Assembly (NCBI GenBank): GCA_963702205.1
Contig: OY969724.1
Coordinates: forward strand, 2,112,001 to 2,176,000
Direction: 5' to 3'
DNA length: 64,000 nt
DNA from: an uncultured candidate division Zixibacteria bacterium
Lineage (GTDB): Bacteria > Zixibacteria > MSB-5A5 > GN15 > PGXB01
Part shown: in pieces, positions 10,587 through 20,351 of the stretch
How positions within the stretch are numbered: position 1 is the stretch's first letter
Layout: every line of letters starts with the position of its first letter
Program-made: the position numbers and the translations under genes
Notes under the pieces: model-generated
Seen by the model: the letters and a program-made list of their open reading frames with translations, nothing else
Database searches by the model: none
Told to the model about the DNA's origin: nothing

Positions 10587-13331
10587 ATGAAAACGAAAAT
10601 CCAAAATATCGTTTTGAGGCTTATCTCGGCCATCGTAATATTCATGGTTTTGCCTTTGTCCGCATACTCGGTGGCCATGTCCGACCGGGCTCTCGAAAGG
10701 CTGGACAAAGAAGGGACCCTCGATAATTATATCAATATATTAAAAGACGCCCGAGAGAGGGGAGTCGATCAATCGACGAAATACACTGTGCGGGAAAACC
10801 GATTCCTGGCCTCGAGCAGCGGTAATGAAAGCGTCGATACTGCCCATGTGCTGGTGCTGCTGGTTGATTTCGCCGATAATCCGTACACCTCGGGCGCTGT
10901 CTCAGGAAAACCCGCCCAGTTCGATTCGCTGCTCTTTTCGACCGATGGTGTCAACCCAACCGGTTCGATGACGGAATACTATCTCGAGAATTCTTATGGC
11001 AAGTTCTATATAGAAGGTGACATTTATGGTTGGCTTCGGATGCCGCGGAATTATTCCTTTTATGTCGGCAGCAGCTACGGACTGGGGGCGTTTCCTCATA
11101 ACAGCAAGATGCTGGCGCTCGATGCGATTTCCGCCGCCGATGCGGCCGGTGTCGATTTTTCCCGTTATGATAATTTCGGCAGCGACGGGCTGGTCGATGG
11201 TTTGATAATCGTGCACGGCGGGCCGGGCCACGAAGAAAGTGCTTCCGATGCAGACATGCACTCTCATAAATGGAATCTGGGTCTTTATAAATTATCCGCC
11301 GATGGTGTTACGATCGATGACTATGTCATCGGACCGGAGGAATCGTACGATTCTCAGTCAATTTCGAACATCGGCGTTTTTTGCCATGAGTACGGGCATC
11401 TTCTTGGATTGCCGGATTTGTACGATGTCACCGATCAGGATAACACATCGGCGGGGTTGGGGAGATGGTCGTTGATGGCGACCGGCAGCTATAACGGCGG
11501 ATCGCGCCTTCCCGCTCATCTGGATGCATGGTGCAAGGCATATCTTGGCTTTGTCGAACCGACCCAGGTGACGGAAAATACTACAGGTGTCTCAATCCCC
11601 GAAATTGAAACGGTGCCGGAAACATACAAATTATGGAACGACGGCGATTACCATGGAAATGAGTACTTCCTGATTGAAAACCGCCAAAAAACCGGGTTCG
11701 ATGCCGGTCTGCCCGGCGAAGGGCTGTTGATTTATCATGTCGATGAGTCCGCCGGGGACGCTATTGGCAATAACACCGATCCACAGAGATATCATGTGGC
11801 GCTGGAACAGGCCGACGGGCTGAAACAGCTTGAATTCACTCGAAACAATTCCGGCGACGCCGGTGACCCATACCCCGGTGTTTCCGATAATCGTGACTTT
11901 GACGATGCCTCGACACCTGACAGCCGGAGCAATGGCGATCTTGTGACACAGACGGCCGTCTGGAATATATCCGATCCGGATTCAGTCATGACGGCCAATT
12001 TCGATGTTTCCTGGTCGCGCCCCGGATTTGAAATGGTTTCATGTAAATTTGACGACGCCGATCAAAACGGCTGGCTGGAAGCTGGGGAAACGGTAGAATT
12101 TAGATTCACGTTGGCAAATGAGTGGTTGACCGCAAAGAATGTGAATATTTCCTTGTCATCATCGGATGACGCTATTGATATTCCCGACGCACCTCTTTTT
12201 TATCCGGCTGTCGAAGGTGACGGCGGGTCAGTAGACAATGAAAGTGACCCGATAGTATTTACTCTGCCGGATACACTGGTGCCGTCGTACGATACGTTTC
12301 ATGTTGTCATTAAAAATTATGCGGATAGTACACTGGCCGAGTTTCAGTACCAAATCGCAGTGGGTAGTCCCCAAGTGCTATTGGTCGACGCCGACCGGGG
12401 AGCCGATTATCAGCAGATATACCTCGATGATTTCTACAAACTAAAAATGCCCGTGGAACTGTGGGATTGCGAGCTTAAGGGCACGCCGCCGCCGCATATA
12501 GTGAATGATTTTGATTTGGTAGTCTGGTTTACCGGTGATACCGCGTCGAATTTGATGTCCTCCGCAGACATCTCGGTCATCGAAGATTATCTCGATAACG
12601 GCGGCTCGCTGTTTCTTACGGGTCAATGGCTGGCCTCTGAGCTGTCATCGAAAGATAAATCTTTTCTAAACGAATACCTTCATGCCGAAGTCGATGGTAC
12701 GTATTTCAATGTAATCCATGAAGGTGTCCCCGGCAGCCCGATCGGCAACAACCTTACCGTTCGTTATACGAGTTATGCCAATCAGGAGTGGTTGGCCGGT
12801 TCGCAGATCATTCCGGTCAACGGCGGAGCTCCCGTGTTTAGTTTCGTGGGCGGGGGATATTCGGCGGTCAGCTATGCCGGGGCTTATAAGACGGTTTTTT
12901 TTAACTGGGGTTACGAAGCGCTGTCGGACGTGTTCGCCAGCTATGACAAACGGGAAGACGTCTTGCGCCGGGTGGTCGATTTTCTCGGCGGGCAAAATGT
13001 CGATATCTATGACGGCTCATCGTTTGAGCCCCTTCCGACCGATTTCGTTCTGAATCAGAACTACCCCAACCCTTTTAATCCGTCGACGGTGATAGAATAT
13101 GAACTTAATCCAATTAATTTTAATCGCGAAATACACGTGGAGCTGAGCGTTTACAACACACTGGGGCGCCGGGTGAAAACGCTGGTCGACCAAAGTCAAA
13201 GCGCCGGACGTTATGCTGTCGAGTGGAACGGAACCGATGACTCCGGCCACAATGTCGCCAGCGGCATTTATCTTTATCGATTAATTCGCGGGGGCGAATC
13301 GCAGTGCAAGAAAATGATCCTTCTTAAATAA
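10587..13331 (+). CDS. Secreted M6 (immune inhibitor A-like) metalloprotease with T9SS-type C-terminal domain
   Basis: HEYGHLLGLPDLYD zinc motif, EYFLIENRQ, GLLIYHVDE; tail QNYPNPFNPST...KKMILLK. Confidence 0.92.
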   Translation: MKTKIQNIVLRLISAIVIFMVLPLSAYSVAMSDRALERLDKEGTLDNYINILKDARERGVDQSTKYTVRENRFLASSSGNESVDTAHVLVLLVDFADNPYTSGAVSGKPAQFDSLLFSTDGVNPTGSMTEYYLENSYGKFYIEGDIYGWLRMPRNYSFYVGSSYGLGAFPHNSKMLALDAISAADAAGVDFSRYDNFGSDGLVDGLIIVHGGPGHEESASDADMHSHKWNLGLYKLSADGVTIDDYVIGPEESYDSQSISNIGVFCHEYGHLLGLPDLYDVTDQDNTSAGLGRWSLMATGSYNGGSRLPAHLDAWCKAYLGFVEPTQVTENTTGVSIPEIETVPETYKLWNDGDYHGNEYFLIENRQKTGFDAGLPGEGLLIYHVDESAGDAIGNNTDPQRYHVALEQADGLKQLEFTRNNSGDAGDPYPGVSDNRDFDDASTPDSRSNGDLVTQTAVWNISDPDSVMTANFDVSWSRPGFEMVSCKFDDADQNGWLEAGETVEFRFTLANEWLTAKNVNISLSSSDDAIDIPDAPLFYPAVEGDGGSVDNESDPIVFTLPDTLVPSYDTFHVVIKNYADSTLAEFQYQIAVGSPQVLLVDADRGADYQQIYLDDFYKLKMPVELWDCELKGTPPPHIVNDFDLVVWFTGDTASNLMSSADISVIEDYLDNGGSLFLTGQWLASELSSKDKSFLNEYLHAEVDGTYFNVIHEGVPGSPIGNNLTVRYTSYANQEWLAGSQIIPVNGGAPVFSFVGGGYSAVSYAGAYKTVFFNWGYEALSDVFASYDKREDVLRRVVDFLGGQNVDIYDGSSFEPLPTDFVLNQNYPNPFNPSTVIEYELNPINFNREIHVELSVYNTLGRRVKTLVDQSQSAGRYAVEWNGTDDSGHNVASGIYLYRLIRGGESQCKKMILLK

Positions 13332-13361
13332 AACCAATGTCTTTGTTTTGCCTGCCTGAAC

Positions 13362-13392
13362 AAAACCGCCCTTTCCTCCGGGGCGGTTTCTT
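13362..13392 (+). terminator. Probable terminator hairpin
   Basis: AAACCGCCC...GGGCGGTTT after the protease operon. Confidence 0.6.
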
Positions 13393-13410
13393 ATTAGACG
13401 GTTAATCTGT

Positions 13411-13439
13411 TTGACAGGCCATCGTCTCGTCATTAGATT
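13411..13439 (+). promoter_or_regulatory. Sigma70-type promoter
   Basis: TTGACA-N17-TAGATT upstream of ecfT. Confidence 0.65.
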
Positions 13440-13468
13440 GCTCATCTTAATAGCTGAGGAGAAAACTA

Positions 13469-14266
13469 TTGCTCAATCGGTTGATAATCGGACAATATCG
13501 CCCTCTAAATTCGCTTGGTCATAATATCGATGCCCGTTTTAAAATAATCGTGGTCGTGGCTATTATGATGCTGTCGGTATTTACCGTCTCAATATGGTTT
13601 TATCTGGGGATTATAGCCGGACTTCTGCTGATGTTGCTTCTGTCGAAGATTACACCTTCCGGGATAATGTCCAATCTCAAGCCATTTTTAATTTTGGTTT
13701 CGATCACTGCCGTCTATCATCTTATTTTTTCCGCAAGGGATACGGAGACCTTGATAAATATCTGGGGCTTTCGGCTGACCTCCGGCGGAGTCGAGATGGC
13801 GATCAGCTATTCGCTGCGTGTATTGGTTTTTGTCTTTCTGGCGTTTTTTATATCTTTGACCACCATGCCGACCGACATGGCCGAGTCACTGGTACGGGGC
13901 CTCCGGCCGTTGAAGAGGCTGGGCGTGCCGCTAAACGACCTGGCTTTGATAATATTTATCGCCATGCGCCTGATACCGGTTTTGATCGAAGAGATGGATA
14001 CTATCCGTAAAGCTCAAATAGTCCGGGGCGTGAATTTTTCGGGTGGTCTTCTCAACCGGGCCCGCAAATTCGTCTATTTATTGATCCCGGTGTTTCAATC
14101 GTCATTGCGGCGGGCCGACGATCTGGCTTTGGCCATCGAAGCCAGAGGTTATGTGTCCGGTGCCGAGAGAAGCTCTTACAAAGTGTTTAAAGCCGCCACC
14201 CGCGACTGGCTGTTTTTGATAATTTCTATAGTGGCCGCAGGGGCGTTGTTTTATGCGTTGGGATAA
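13469..14266 (+). CDS. ecfT: ECF transporter transmembrane component T
   Basis: GQYRP N-terminus, AQIVRG and AIEARGY (X-R-X) coupling motifs; TTG start with GAGGAG RBS. Confidence 0.88.
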   Translation: MLNRLIIGQYRPLNSLGHNIDARFKIIVVVAIMMLSVFTVSIWFYLGIIAGLLLMLLLSKITPSGIMSNLKPFLILVSITAVYHLIFSARDTETLINIWGFRLTSGGVEMAISYSLRVLVFVFLAFFISLTTMPTDMAESLVRGLRPLKRLGVPLNDLALIIFIAMRLIPVLIEEMDTIRKAQIVRGVNFSGGLLNRARKFVYLLIPVFQSSLRRADDLALAIEARGYVSGAERSSYKVFKAATRDWLFLIISIVAAGALFYALG

Positions 14267-14272
14267 GATAAA

Positions 14273-15016
14273 ATGGCCAAAGTAAACATACGCCTGATCG
14301 TCGAATACAATGGCTCGTACTATTGCGGCTGGCAAATTCAGCCGGAAGACAACACGGTTCAAAAGGAAATGGTCGATGCCATTCGCAAAGTAACCGGCCA
14401 GGACGTCACTCTTTATGCCGCCGGGCGCACCGACAGCGGTGTCCACGCCCTCGGGCAGGTAGTCAATTTCCATATCGACCACGATCTTCCGGTCGAAAAA
14501 TACAAAGATGCCATCAATTATTTTCTGCCGCGCTCGATTCTGGTCAAAGACGTCGGTGTCGTTCCCGATGATTTCAGCGCCCGATATTCGGCTATTTGGC
14601 GGAAGTACAGATATATGATTTCGCATGAAAGGTCGGCTCTATACCAGGATTACCGTTGGGAATACCAATATCCGCTGAACGTAGACAGGATGCAGGCCAT
14701 CGCCGAATATATAATCGGTCGCCACGATTTTTCGGCTTTTTGCAAAGTAGCCTCGCTCAAGGAAAATAACGAGTGCGAAATCTCTGAATCCCAATGGCGG
14801 ACACACGGTTCAACCCTGATATATGAAGTAAAGTCTAACCGTTTTTTGCATACCATGGTGCGGTCGCTGGTTGGAGTTATGACCCTCGCCGGGCGGGAGA
14901 ACGATTACTTGACTTTGGAAAACTTTAAAGATATTATGGACTCGAAAGATCATACCAGAATAAAAATGGTCGCTCCGGCCCGGGGGTTGTATCTGGTCGC
15001 AGTCGGCTATGAATAA
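14273..15016 (+). CDS. truA: tRNA pseudouridine(38-40) synthase
   Basis: [31 protein letters not shown]. Confidence 0.95.
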   Translation: MAKVNIRLIVEYNGSYYCGWQIQPEDNTVQKEMVDAIRKVTGQDVTLYAAGRTDSGVHALGQVVNFHIDHDLPVEKYKDAINYFLPRSILVKDVGVVPDDFSARYSAIWRKYRYMISHERSALYQDYRWEYQYPLNVDRMQAIAEYIIGRHDFSAFCKVASLKENNECEISESQWRTHGSTLIYEVKSNRFLHTMVRSLVGVMTLAGRENDYLTLENFKDIMDSKDHTRIKMVAPARGLYLVAVGYE

Positions 15017-15027
15017 AGAGGTTCAAA

Positions 15028-15675
15028 ATGAAATTTTTTATCGATACGGCCAATCTTGAAGAAATAAAGGAAGCCTCGGCTTTGGGGATTCTCGACGGTG
15101 TCACTACCAATCCCAGCCTTCTGGCCAAAGAAAACAGCCCGTACCGGGAGCTTCTCGCGGAGATATGTAAAGTCGTTAAAGGCCCGGTTTCAGCCGAAGT
15201 GGTGGCACTCGACGTAGAAAATATGATCCGTGAGGCCGAAGACCTGGCGTCGATTGCGGAGAATATTACGATCAAAGTCCCGATCACCAAAGACGGCATC
15301 AAAGCGATCAAACGCCTGTCGGAACAGGGCATTATGACCAACGCGACGTTGTGTTTTTCGCCGATGCAGGCTCTCATGGTGGCCAAGGCCGGGGCAACTT
15401 TCGTTTCTCCGTTCGTCGGCAGGCTGGACGATGTTTCTCATTTCGGTATGGAGTTGATCCAGCAGGTCGTGACGATTTACGACAATTATGGCTTTGAAAC
15501 GGAGGTGCTTGTAGCTTCGGTTCGTAACCCGCTGCACGTGGTCGAAGCGGCCATGATGGGCGCGCACGTGGCGACCATCCCGTTTAAAGTGATCGAGAGC
15601 CTGGTGAAACACCCCCTGACCGACGTTGGCCTGAAGAAATTCCTCGACGACTGGGAAAAGGTCAACAAGGGATGA
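15028..15675 (+). CDS. tal: Small transaldolase (TalC/FSA family)
   Basis: FIDTAN, GVTTNPS, TIKVP. SAEV (Glu) and SPFVGR (Phe) favour transaldolase over FSA. Confidence 0.88.
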   Translation: MKFFIDTANLEEIKEASALGILDGVTTNPSLLAKENSPYRELLAEICKVVKGPVSAEVVALDVENMIREAEDLASIAENITIKVPITKDGIKAIKRLSEQGIMTNATLCFSPMQALMVAKAGATFVSPFVGRLDDVSHFGMELIQQVVTIYDNYGFETEVLVASVRNPLHVVEAAMMGAHVATIPFKVIESLVKHPLTDVGLKKFLDDWEKVNKG

Positions 15676-16967
15676 TTCCTCGATATACGCTTCCTGAGAT
15701 GGGTCGGCTTTGGTCCGATGATTCCAAATTCGGTTTTTGGCTCGAGGTCGAACTGGCCGCCTGCCGCGCTATGGCCGACATGAAAATGATCCCGCAAAAG
15801 GCCTGGCTGAATATTAAGAAGAAGGCCGCTTTCAATATCGACCGTATCAACGAAATCGAAGCCGAGACCAATCACGATGTCATCGCATTTTTGACGTCGG
15901 TCGGGGAATTTGTCGGACCGGATTCGAAGTACATTCATTTCGGATTGACATCATCGGACGTCCTCGATACCGCTCTCTCGCTGCAGATGAAACAGGCGGC
16001 CGGAATTATAGACAAGAAATTGGCCGCCGCACTAATCAAGATTAAAAAGTTCGCCCTGAAATATAAGATGACGCCGATAATCGGGCGCACCCACGGCGTC
16101 GCTGCCGAACCGACGACGCTCGGTCTTAAGTTTGCGGTGTGGTACACGGAACTCGAACGCGGACAGCAGCGGTTTAAGATCGCCGCCGATGAGGCCGCGG
16201 TCGGGGCCATATCAGGGGCGGTCGGCAATTTCGCCAATGTCGATCCCGAAATTGAGGCCCGTGTCTGCAAATACCTGGGGTTGAAGGTCGACAAGGTTTC
16301 CACGCAGGTGATACAGCGAGACAGGCACGCCGCCTATATCGGAGCGCTGGCGGTGCTGGCGTCGTCGATGGAAAAAATAGCCACGGAAATCCGTAATTTG
16401 CACCGTACCGAAATCGGCGAGGTCATGGAAGGTTTCGCCAAAGGCCAGAAAGGGTCATCGGCCATGCCCCACAAGAAAAACCCGATCACGGCCGAACGGA
16501 TTTCGGGGATCGCCCGCATCGTGCGGGGATACGCCCTGGCGGCAATGGAAAACATTACGCTCTGGCACGAACGAGACATAGCCCACAGCTCGGTCGAACG
16601 GGTCATAATTCCCGATAGTACGATCATCGTCGATTACGCCCTTAAAATATTCAACGACGTTCTCGACCGACTGATGATCAATCCCGAACGCATGCTGGAA
16701 AATATAAATTGCTACGGAGGGGTCGTTTTCTCTCAACGGCTGTTGCTGAAACTTACCAAAGCCCTGTCGAGCCGGGAACTGGCTTATCTGATTGTCCAAC
16801 GCAATGCCATGAAGGCATACAATGGTAAGAGTGGATTTAAAGAACTGGTGCTGTCCGATCCGGAAATCACGGGAGTTTCTAAGGCCAGTGAAATAGAAGA
16901 ATGCTTTGATTTGTCATATTACCTGAAAAACGTCGATAAGGTCTTCAAACGGGTGTTTGGGCGATGA
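15672..16967 (+). CDS. purB: Adenylosuccinate lyase
   Basis: [24 protein letters not shown]. Confidence 0.96.
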   Translation: MIPRYTLPEMGRLWSDDSKFGFWLEVELAACRAMADMKMIPQKAWLNIKKKAAFNIDRINEIEAETNHDVIAFLTSVGEFVGPDSKYIHFGLTSSDVLDTALSLQMKQAAGIIDKKLAAALIKIKKFALKYKMTPIIGRTHGVAAEPTTLGLKFAVWYTELERGQQRFKIAADEAAVGAISGAVGNFANVDPEIEARVCKYLGLKVDKVSTQVIQRDRHAAYIGALAVLASSMEKIATEIRNLHRTEIGEVMEGFAKGQKGSSAMPHKKNPITAERISGIARIVRGYALAAMENITLWHERDIAHSSVERVIIPDSTIIVDYALKIFNDVLDRLMINPERMLENINCYGGVVFSQRLLLKLTKALSSRELAYLIVQRNAMKAYNGKSGFKELVLSDPEITGVSKASEIEECFDLSYYLKNVDKVFKRVFGR

Positions 16968-17614
16968 TAGCCGGTTACGGTTTGAAGCTGATTCTTCCGG
17001 GAGTGCTGATTACGTCGCTTTTGTGCCTTCTGGCCGCCTCGAAAGATTCCGTTCTGGTCCTTGTGCTGGCGATATTATTTTCGATCCTTACCGTTTTCCT
17101 GACCTTTTTCTATCGTAATCCTGCACGGGATATACCGCATGACGGCCGCGTGATTCTGTCGATTGCCGATGGCAAAGTATTGTCCGTGGAGCCGGTCGAA
17201 AATGAGTATATTGGCGGCCGGGGCAACAAGGTTTCGATTTTCTTGTCGATACTCGACGTGCACATCAACCGCGTGCCGTGCGATGGTACCGTGGATTACG
17301 TAAAATATACACCGGGGAAATTTTTCAAAGCCTATGTCGATAAAGCCTCGGATGAAAACGAACATACGGAAGTGGGCCTCGCGTTCAAGGCCGGGAAGAT
17401 GATTTTCAAACAAATCGCCGGAATCATGGCCCGCCGGATTGAATATGACTTGAAAGACGACCAGAAAGTAAAGGCGGGCGATATTTTCGGGATGATTCAT
17501 TTCGGTTCGCGGGCGGAGTTTTTTCTGCCGGAATCGGTCGAAATAACGGTGCAGCCGGGTGTCAAGGTAAAAGCCGGGGAGACGGTTATTGGACGAATCA
17601 AAAACAACGAATAA
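16964..17614 (+). CDS. psd: Phosphatidylserine decarboxylase proenzyme
   Basis: FFYRNP, DVHINRVP, FGSR autocleavage site; adjacent to pssA. Confidence 0.92.
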   Translation: MIAGYGLKLILPGVLITSLLCLLAASKDSVLVLVLAILFSILTVFLTFFYRNPARDIPHDGRVILSIADGKVLSVEPVENEYIGGRGNKVSIFLSILDVHINRVPCDGTVDYVKYTPGKFFKAYVDKASDENEHTEVGLAFKAGKMIFKQIAGIMARRIEYDLKDDQKVKAGDIFGMIHFGSRAEFFLPESVEITVQPGVKVKAGETVIGRIKNNE

Positions 17615-17624
17615 GGATTCCTTT

Positions 17625-18383
17625 ATGCCCAACATGAAAGGTATATTTCCCGGGACGTTTACTATGGGCAATGCCGTCTGCGGCTTTCTGGCCCTGCTTT
17701 CGGCGTATGAAGGCGACGTCACCACGGCCTGTTGGCTGGTAATCCTGGCCGGGTTTCTGGACGGCCTCGACGGTAAAGTGGCGCGGTTGTCCGGGACGAC
17801 TTCCACGTTTGGTATCGAACTGGACTCGCTGGCCGATTTCCTTTCGTTCGGCGTGGCGCCGGCCTTTATTGTCTATACATTAAAGCTGCATTCAATGGGC
17901 AAATGGGGCTGGGTTATCGGCGTCGTGTATATCATGGCTTCCGGGTATCGTTTGGCCCGGTTCAACATGTTGGCCGACACCGAAGAAAAAAAAGAATTCA
18001 TGGGCCTGCCGGTGCCGGGAGCGGCTCTAACATTGGTTTCCTATATCATTATGAGTTATTATCTCTGGGGCCGACTCGAATATTCCGAGTACCTGGTATC
18101 GATGATTATCCTTTTCGCGGCGCTCATGGTCTCGCAGGTCGAATACGATTCATTCCCCGACAGGTTTAATACCCGTAAGAATAGAATTAAACTGCTTTTC
18201 TTTCTGGTTGCGGCGGGTGCGGCTCTAATAAAGCCAAGACTTTTATTATTTCCAATATTCGCCGTTTATATTATAATTGGCCTTGTTCGGGAGGCATACC
18301 GGTTTTTTTATCTCGGCATGGGCTATGTCCGAAGGAGGCAGGCCAATGGCCGGGCTAATGGAGAAGACAATGAGCAAGAATAA
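17625..18383 (+). CDS. pssA: CDP-diacylglycerol--serine O-phosphatidyltransferase
   Basis: DGLDGKVAR...GIELDSLAD CDP-alcohol motif; RLARFN. Confidence 0.92.
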   Translation: MPNMKGIFPGTFTMGNAVCGFLALLSAYEGDVTTACWLVILAGFLDGLDGKVARLSGTTSTFGIELDSLADFLSFGVAPAFIVYTLKLHSMGKWGWVIGVVYIMASGYRLARFNMLADTEEKKEFMGLPVPGAALTLVSYIIMSYYLWGRLEYSEYLVSMIILFAALMVSQVEYDSFPDRFNTRKNRIKLLFFLVAAGAALIKPRLLLFPIFAVYIIIGLVREAYRFFYLGMGYVRRRQANGRANGEDNEQE

Positions 18384-18615
18384 AGCAACAGTATTTATCC
18401 GTCTCAAGGACGGCGTTCTGGACCCGCAGGGTCTGACGATCGAGAGAGCCATCAAGAACATGGGCTACGATTCGATCAAGTCGGTGCGCAGCGGCCGGTT
18501 TTTTGAACTGGAACTGGAAGATGGGGACGATTCAAAAGGGAAAGTGACGGAAATCTGCCGAAAGCTCCTCACCAATCCGGTGATAGAAAATTTTAACGTG
18601 GATTTCGAAGAATGA
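18370..18615 (+). CDS. purS: Phosphoribosylformylglycinamidine synthase subunit PurS
   Basis: LKDGVLDPQG and LLTNPVIE; start moved to ATG 18370. Confidence 0.93.
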   Translation: MSKNKATVFIRLKDGVLDPQGLTIERAIKNMGYDSIKSVRSGRFFELELEDGDDSKGKVTEICRKLLTNPVIENFNVDFEE

Positions 18616-19322
18616 AATTCGGAGTTGTTACCTTTCCGGGGTCGAATTGCGACTACGATGCCTTCGCTGCCGCTAAGCTTATCGGCGAAGAAGTCGAATT
18701 CCTCTGGCATCAGGATACCGATCTTAAGGGGTGCGACGTGGTGATTCTCCCGGGCGGGTTCGCCCATGGAGATTATCTTCGATCCGGAGCCATTGCCCGC
18801 TTTTCACCCATAATGAAATCGGTCGCCGGGTTTGCCAAAACCGGCGGTCTGCTTTTCGGTATTTGCAACGGTTTCCAGGTTCTTCTGGAATCAGGTCTTC
18901 TTCCGGGGGCCTTGATTCGCAACCGCGACTTGCGTTTCCGGGGGCGCGATGTCTATATCCGGGTAGAAAGAAATGACACTCCTTTCACCATTGGTTACCA
19001 AATTGGCGACGTGCTAAAAATCCCCATCGCCCACAAGGACGGCAATTATTACAATTTCAGCGTTGACGTCGAGATGTTAAAAAAGAAAAATCAGGTCGTT
19101 TTTCGCTATTGCGATCGCGAGGGGAATATAACCGATCAGAGCAATCCCAATGGATCCACCGATAATATCGCGGGAGTAATTAACGAAACCGGCAATGTCC
19201 TGGGAATGATGCCGCATCCGGAGCGGGCCATGGAGATGATTCTGGGCTCGGATGACGGGTATAAAATGTTTATATCGGTTCGAGATTTTATAAACCGGAG
19301 CGTGCCTTGTGAAAAAGCGTGA
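18612..19322 (+). CDS. purQ: Phosphoribosylformylglycinamidine synthase glutaminase subunit
   Basis: FPGSNCD, GICNGFQ, GMMPHPER. Confidence 0.96.
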   Translation: MKFGVVTFPGSNCDYDAFAAAKLIGEEVEFLWHQDTDLKGCDVVILPGGFAHGDYLRSGAIARFSPIMKSVAGFAKTGGLLFGICNGFQVLLESGLLPGALIRNRDLRFRGRDVYIRVERNDTPFTIGYQIGDVLKIPIAHKDGNYYNFSVDVEMLKKKNQVVFRYCDREGNITDQSNPNGSTDNIAGVINETGNVLGMMPHPERAMEMILGSDDGYKMFISVRDFINRSVPCEKA

Positions 19323-19575
19323 ATTGACGTTTATTATCGTGGCGCTGATTCTGGCGGCGGTAATCGGCGGTTTCGTGGGAGAGCTGATCGGCTCGTTTTT
19401 GCCGCCGGGGGCGGCCAAGACGTTATTTTCCAAATCGGTAACGATTGGCATGGATACGATGCGTTTCGAGTTGTATTCCATAGCCTTTACGATCGGACTG
19501 ACTTTCAAAATCAACTTTATGTCGGCGCTCGCGGTGCTGATCGTAATTATCTATTTCAGGTGGTGGTACATATAA
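19309..19575 (+). CDS. Small membrane protein (DUF4321-like)
   Basis: Two TM segments, GAVIGG-like and FKINFMSAL pattern; overlaps the purQ end. Confidence 0.65.
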   Translation: MKKRELTFIIVALILAAVIGGFVGELIGSFLPPGAAKTLFSKSVTIGMDTMRFELYSIAFTIGLTFKINFMSALAVLIVIIYFRWWYI

Positions 19576-19677
19576 CATTATAGGGTATAATATAAACTTT
19601 GCTTATAGTTCATCGTTTATTATATTTGGACGCGATATGATTAATGTGGTTTTGGAAACTTCGCCAAGGAGATAGAT

Positions 19678-19890
19678 ATGTTTGGAATGGGGCCGTGGGA
19701 AATAGCACTGATCTTTTTGGTCATACTCCTTTTATTCGGTGCCAAACGCCTTCCGGAAATTGCCAAAAACATGGGCAAAGGAATCCGTGAATTTAAGTCG
19801 GCCGTCAAGGACACTCAAAACGAAATAAAATCGGCCGTTGACGACAAAGACTCCAAAAAAGGCGGAGCCGAGAAAAAGGATCATGAATAA
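19678..19890 (+). CDS. tatA: Twin-arginine translocase TatA/E
   Basis: LLFGAKRLPEIAKNMGKGIREFK. Confidence 0.95.
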   Translation: MFGMGPWEIALIFLVILLLFGAKRLPEIAKNMGKGIREFKSAVKDTQNEIKSAVDDKDSKKGGAEKKDHE

Positions 19891-20347
19891 GTTCAGTGAA
19901 GACGACGCCAAAAGGGTCGCCAAGGTATTGAAGGCTGAAAAAATTACGCTCGAAAGCGATCATATTCGGGTCAAAATTTCCAATGCGGCTGAAAAGCGCG
20001 TTCTGATCCTCGAAATTTACCCGGAAATACTGCTGGGCAAAGCCCGGGGCATGCTGGTCGTCGTTTATACCGGCAACTCACATTTACAGATTCATAACTG
20101 CTCCGGTTATGTCGTTTCGGAAGAATTGGGTGAAGTGACTTTTATAAACGAAACGGACGATTATATTTCGGGACTCGTGGTGGAACAAGGAGCGTCATGC
20201 TCTCTGTATTCGGGGATAGACCGCAGTCTTATTTCCAGCGATTTTACACGGCTGGGAGTAGAAGTGATGCTGTCGGGCGTAGCCCTGTCCCTGGCCGAAG
20301 AAATAATAGACGAAGAACAATCAAACGACCAGCCTCCGGTCGATTAG
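19883..20347 (+). CDS. Hypothetical protein
   Basis: Start overlaps the tatA end (AAGGA RBS); fills the gap to the convergent kinase; no motif recognised. Confidence 0.65.
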   Translation: MNKFSEDDAKRVAKVLKAEKITLESDHIRVKISNAAEKRVLILEIYPEILLGKARGMLVVVYTGNSHLQIHNCSGYVVSEELGEVTFINETDDYISGLVVEQGASCSLYSGIDRSLISSDFTRLGVEVMLSGVALSLAEEIIDEEQSNDQPPVD

Positions 20348-20351
20348 CATC

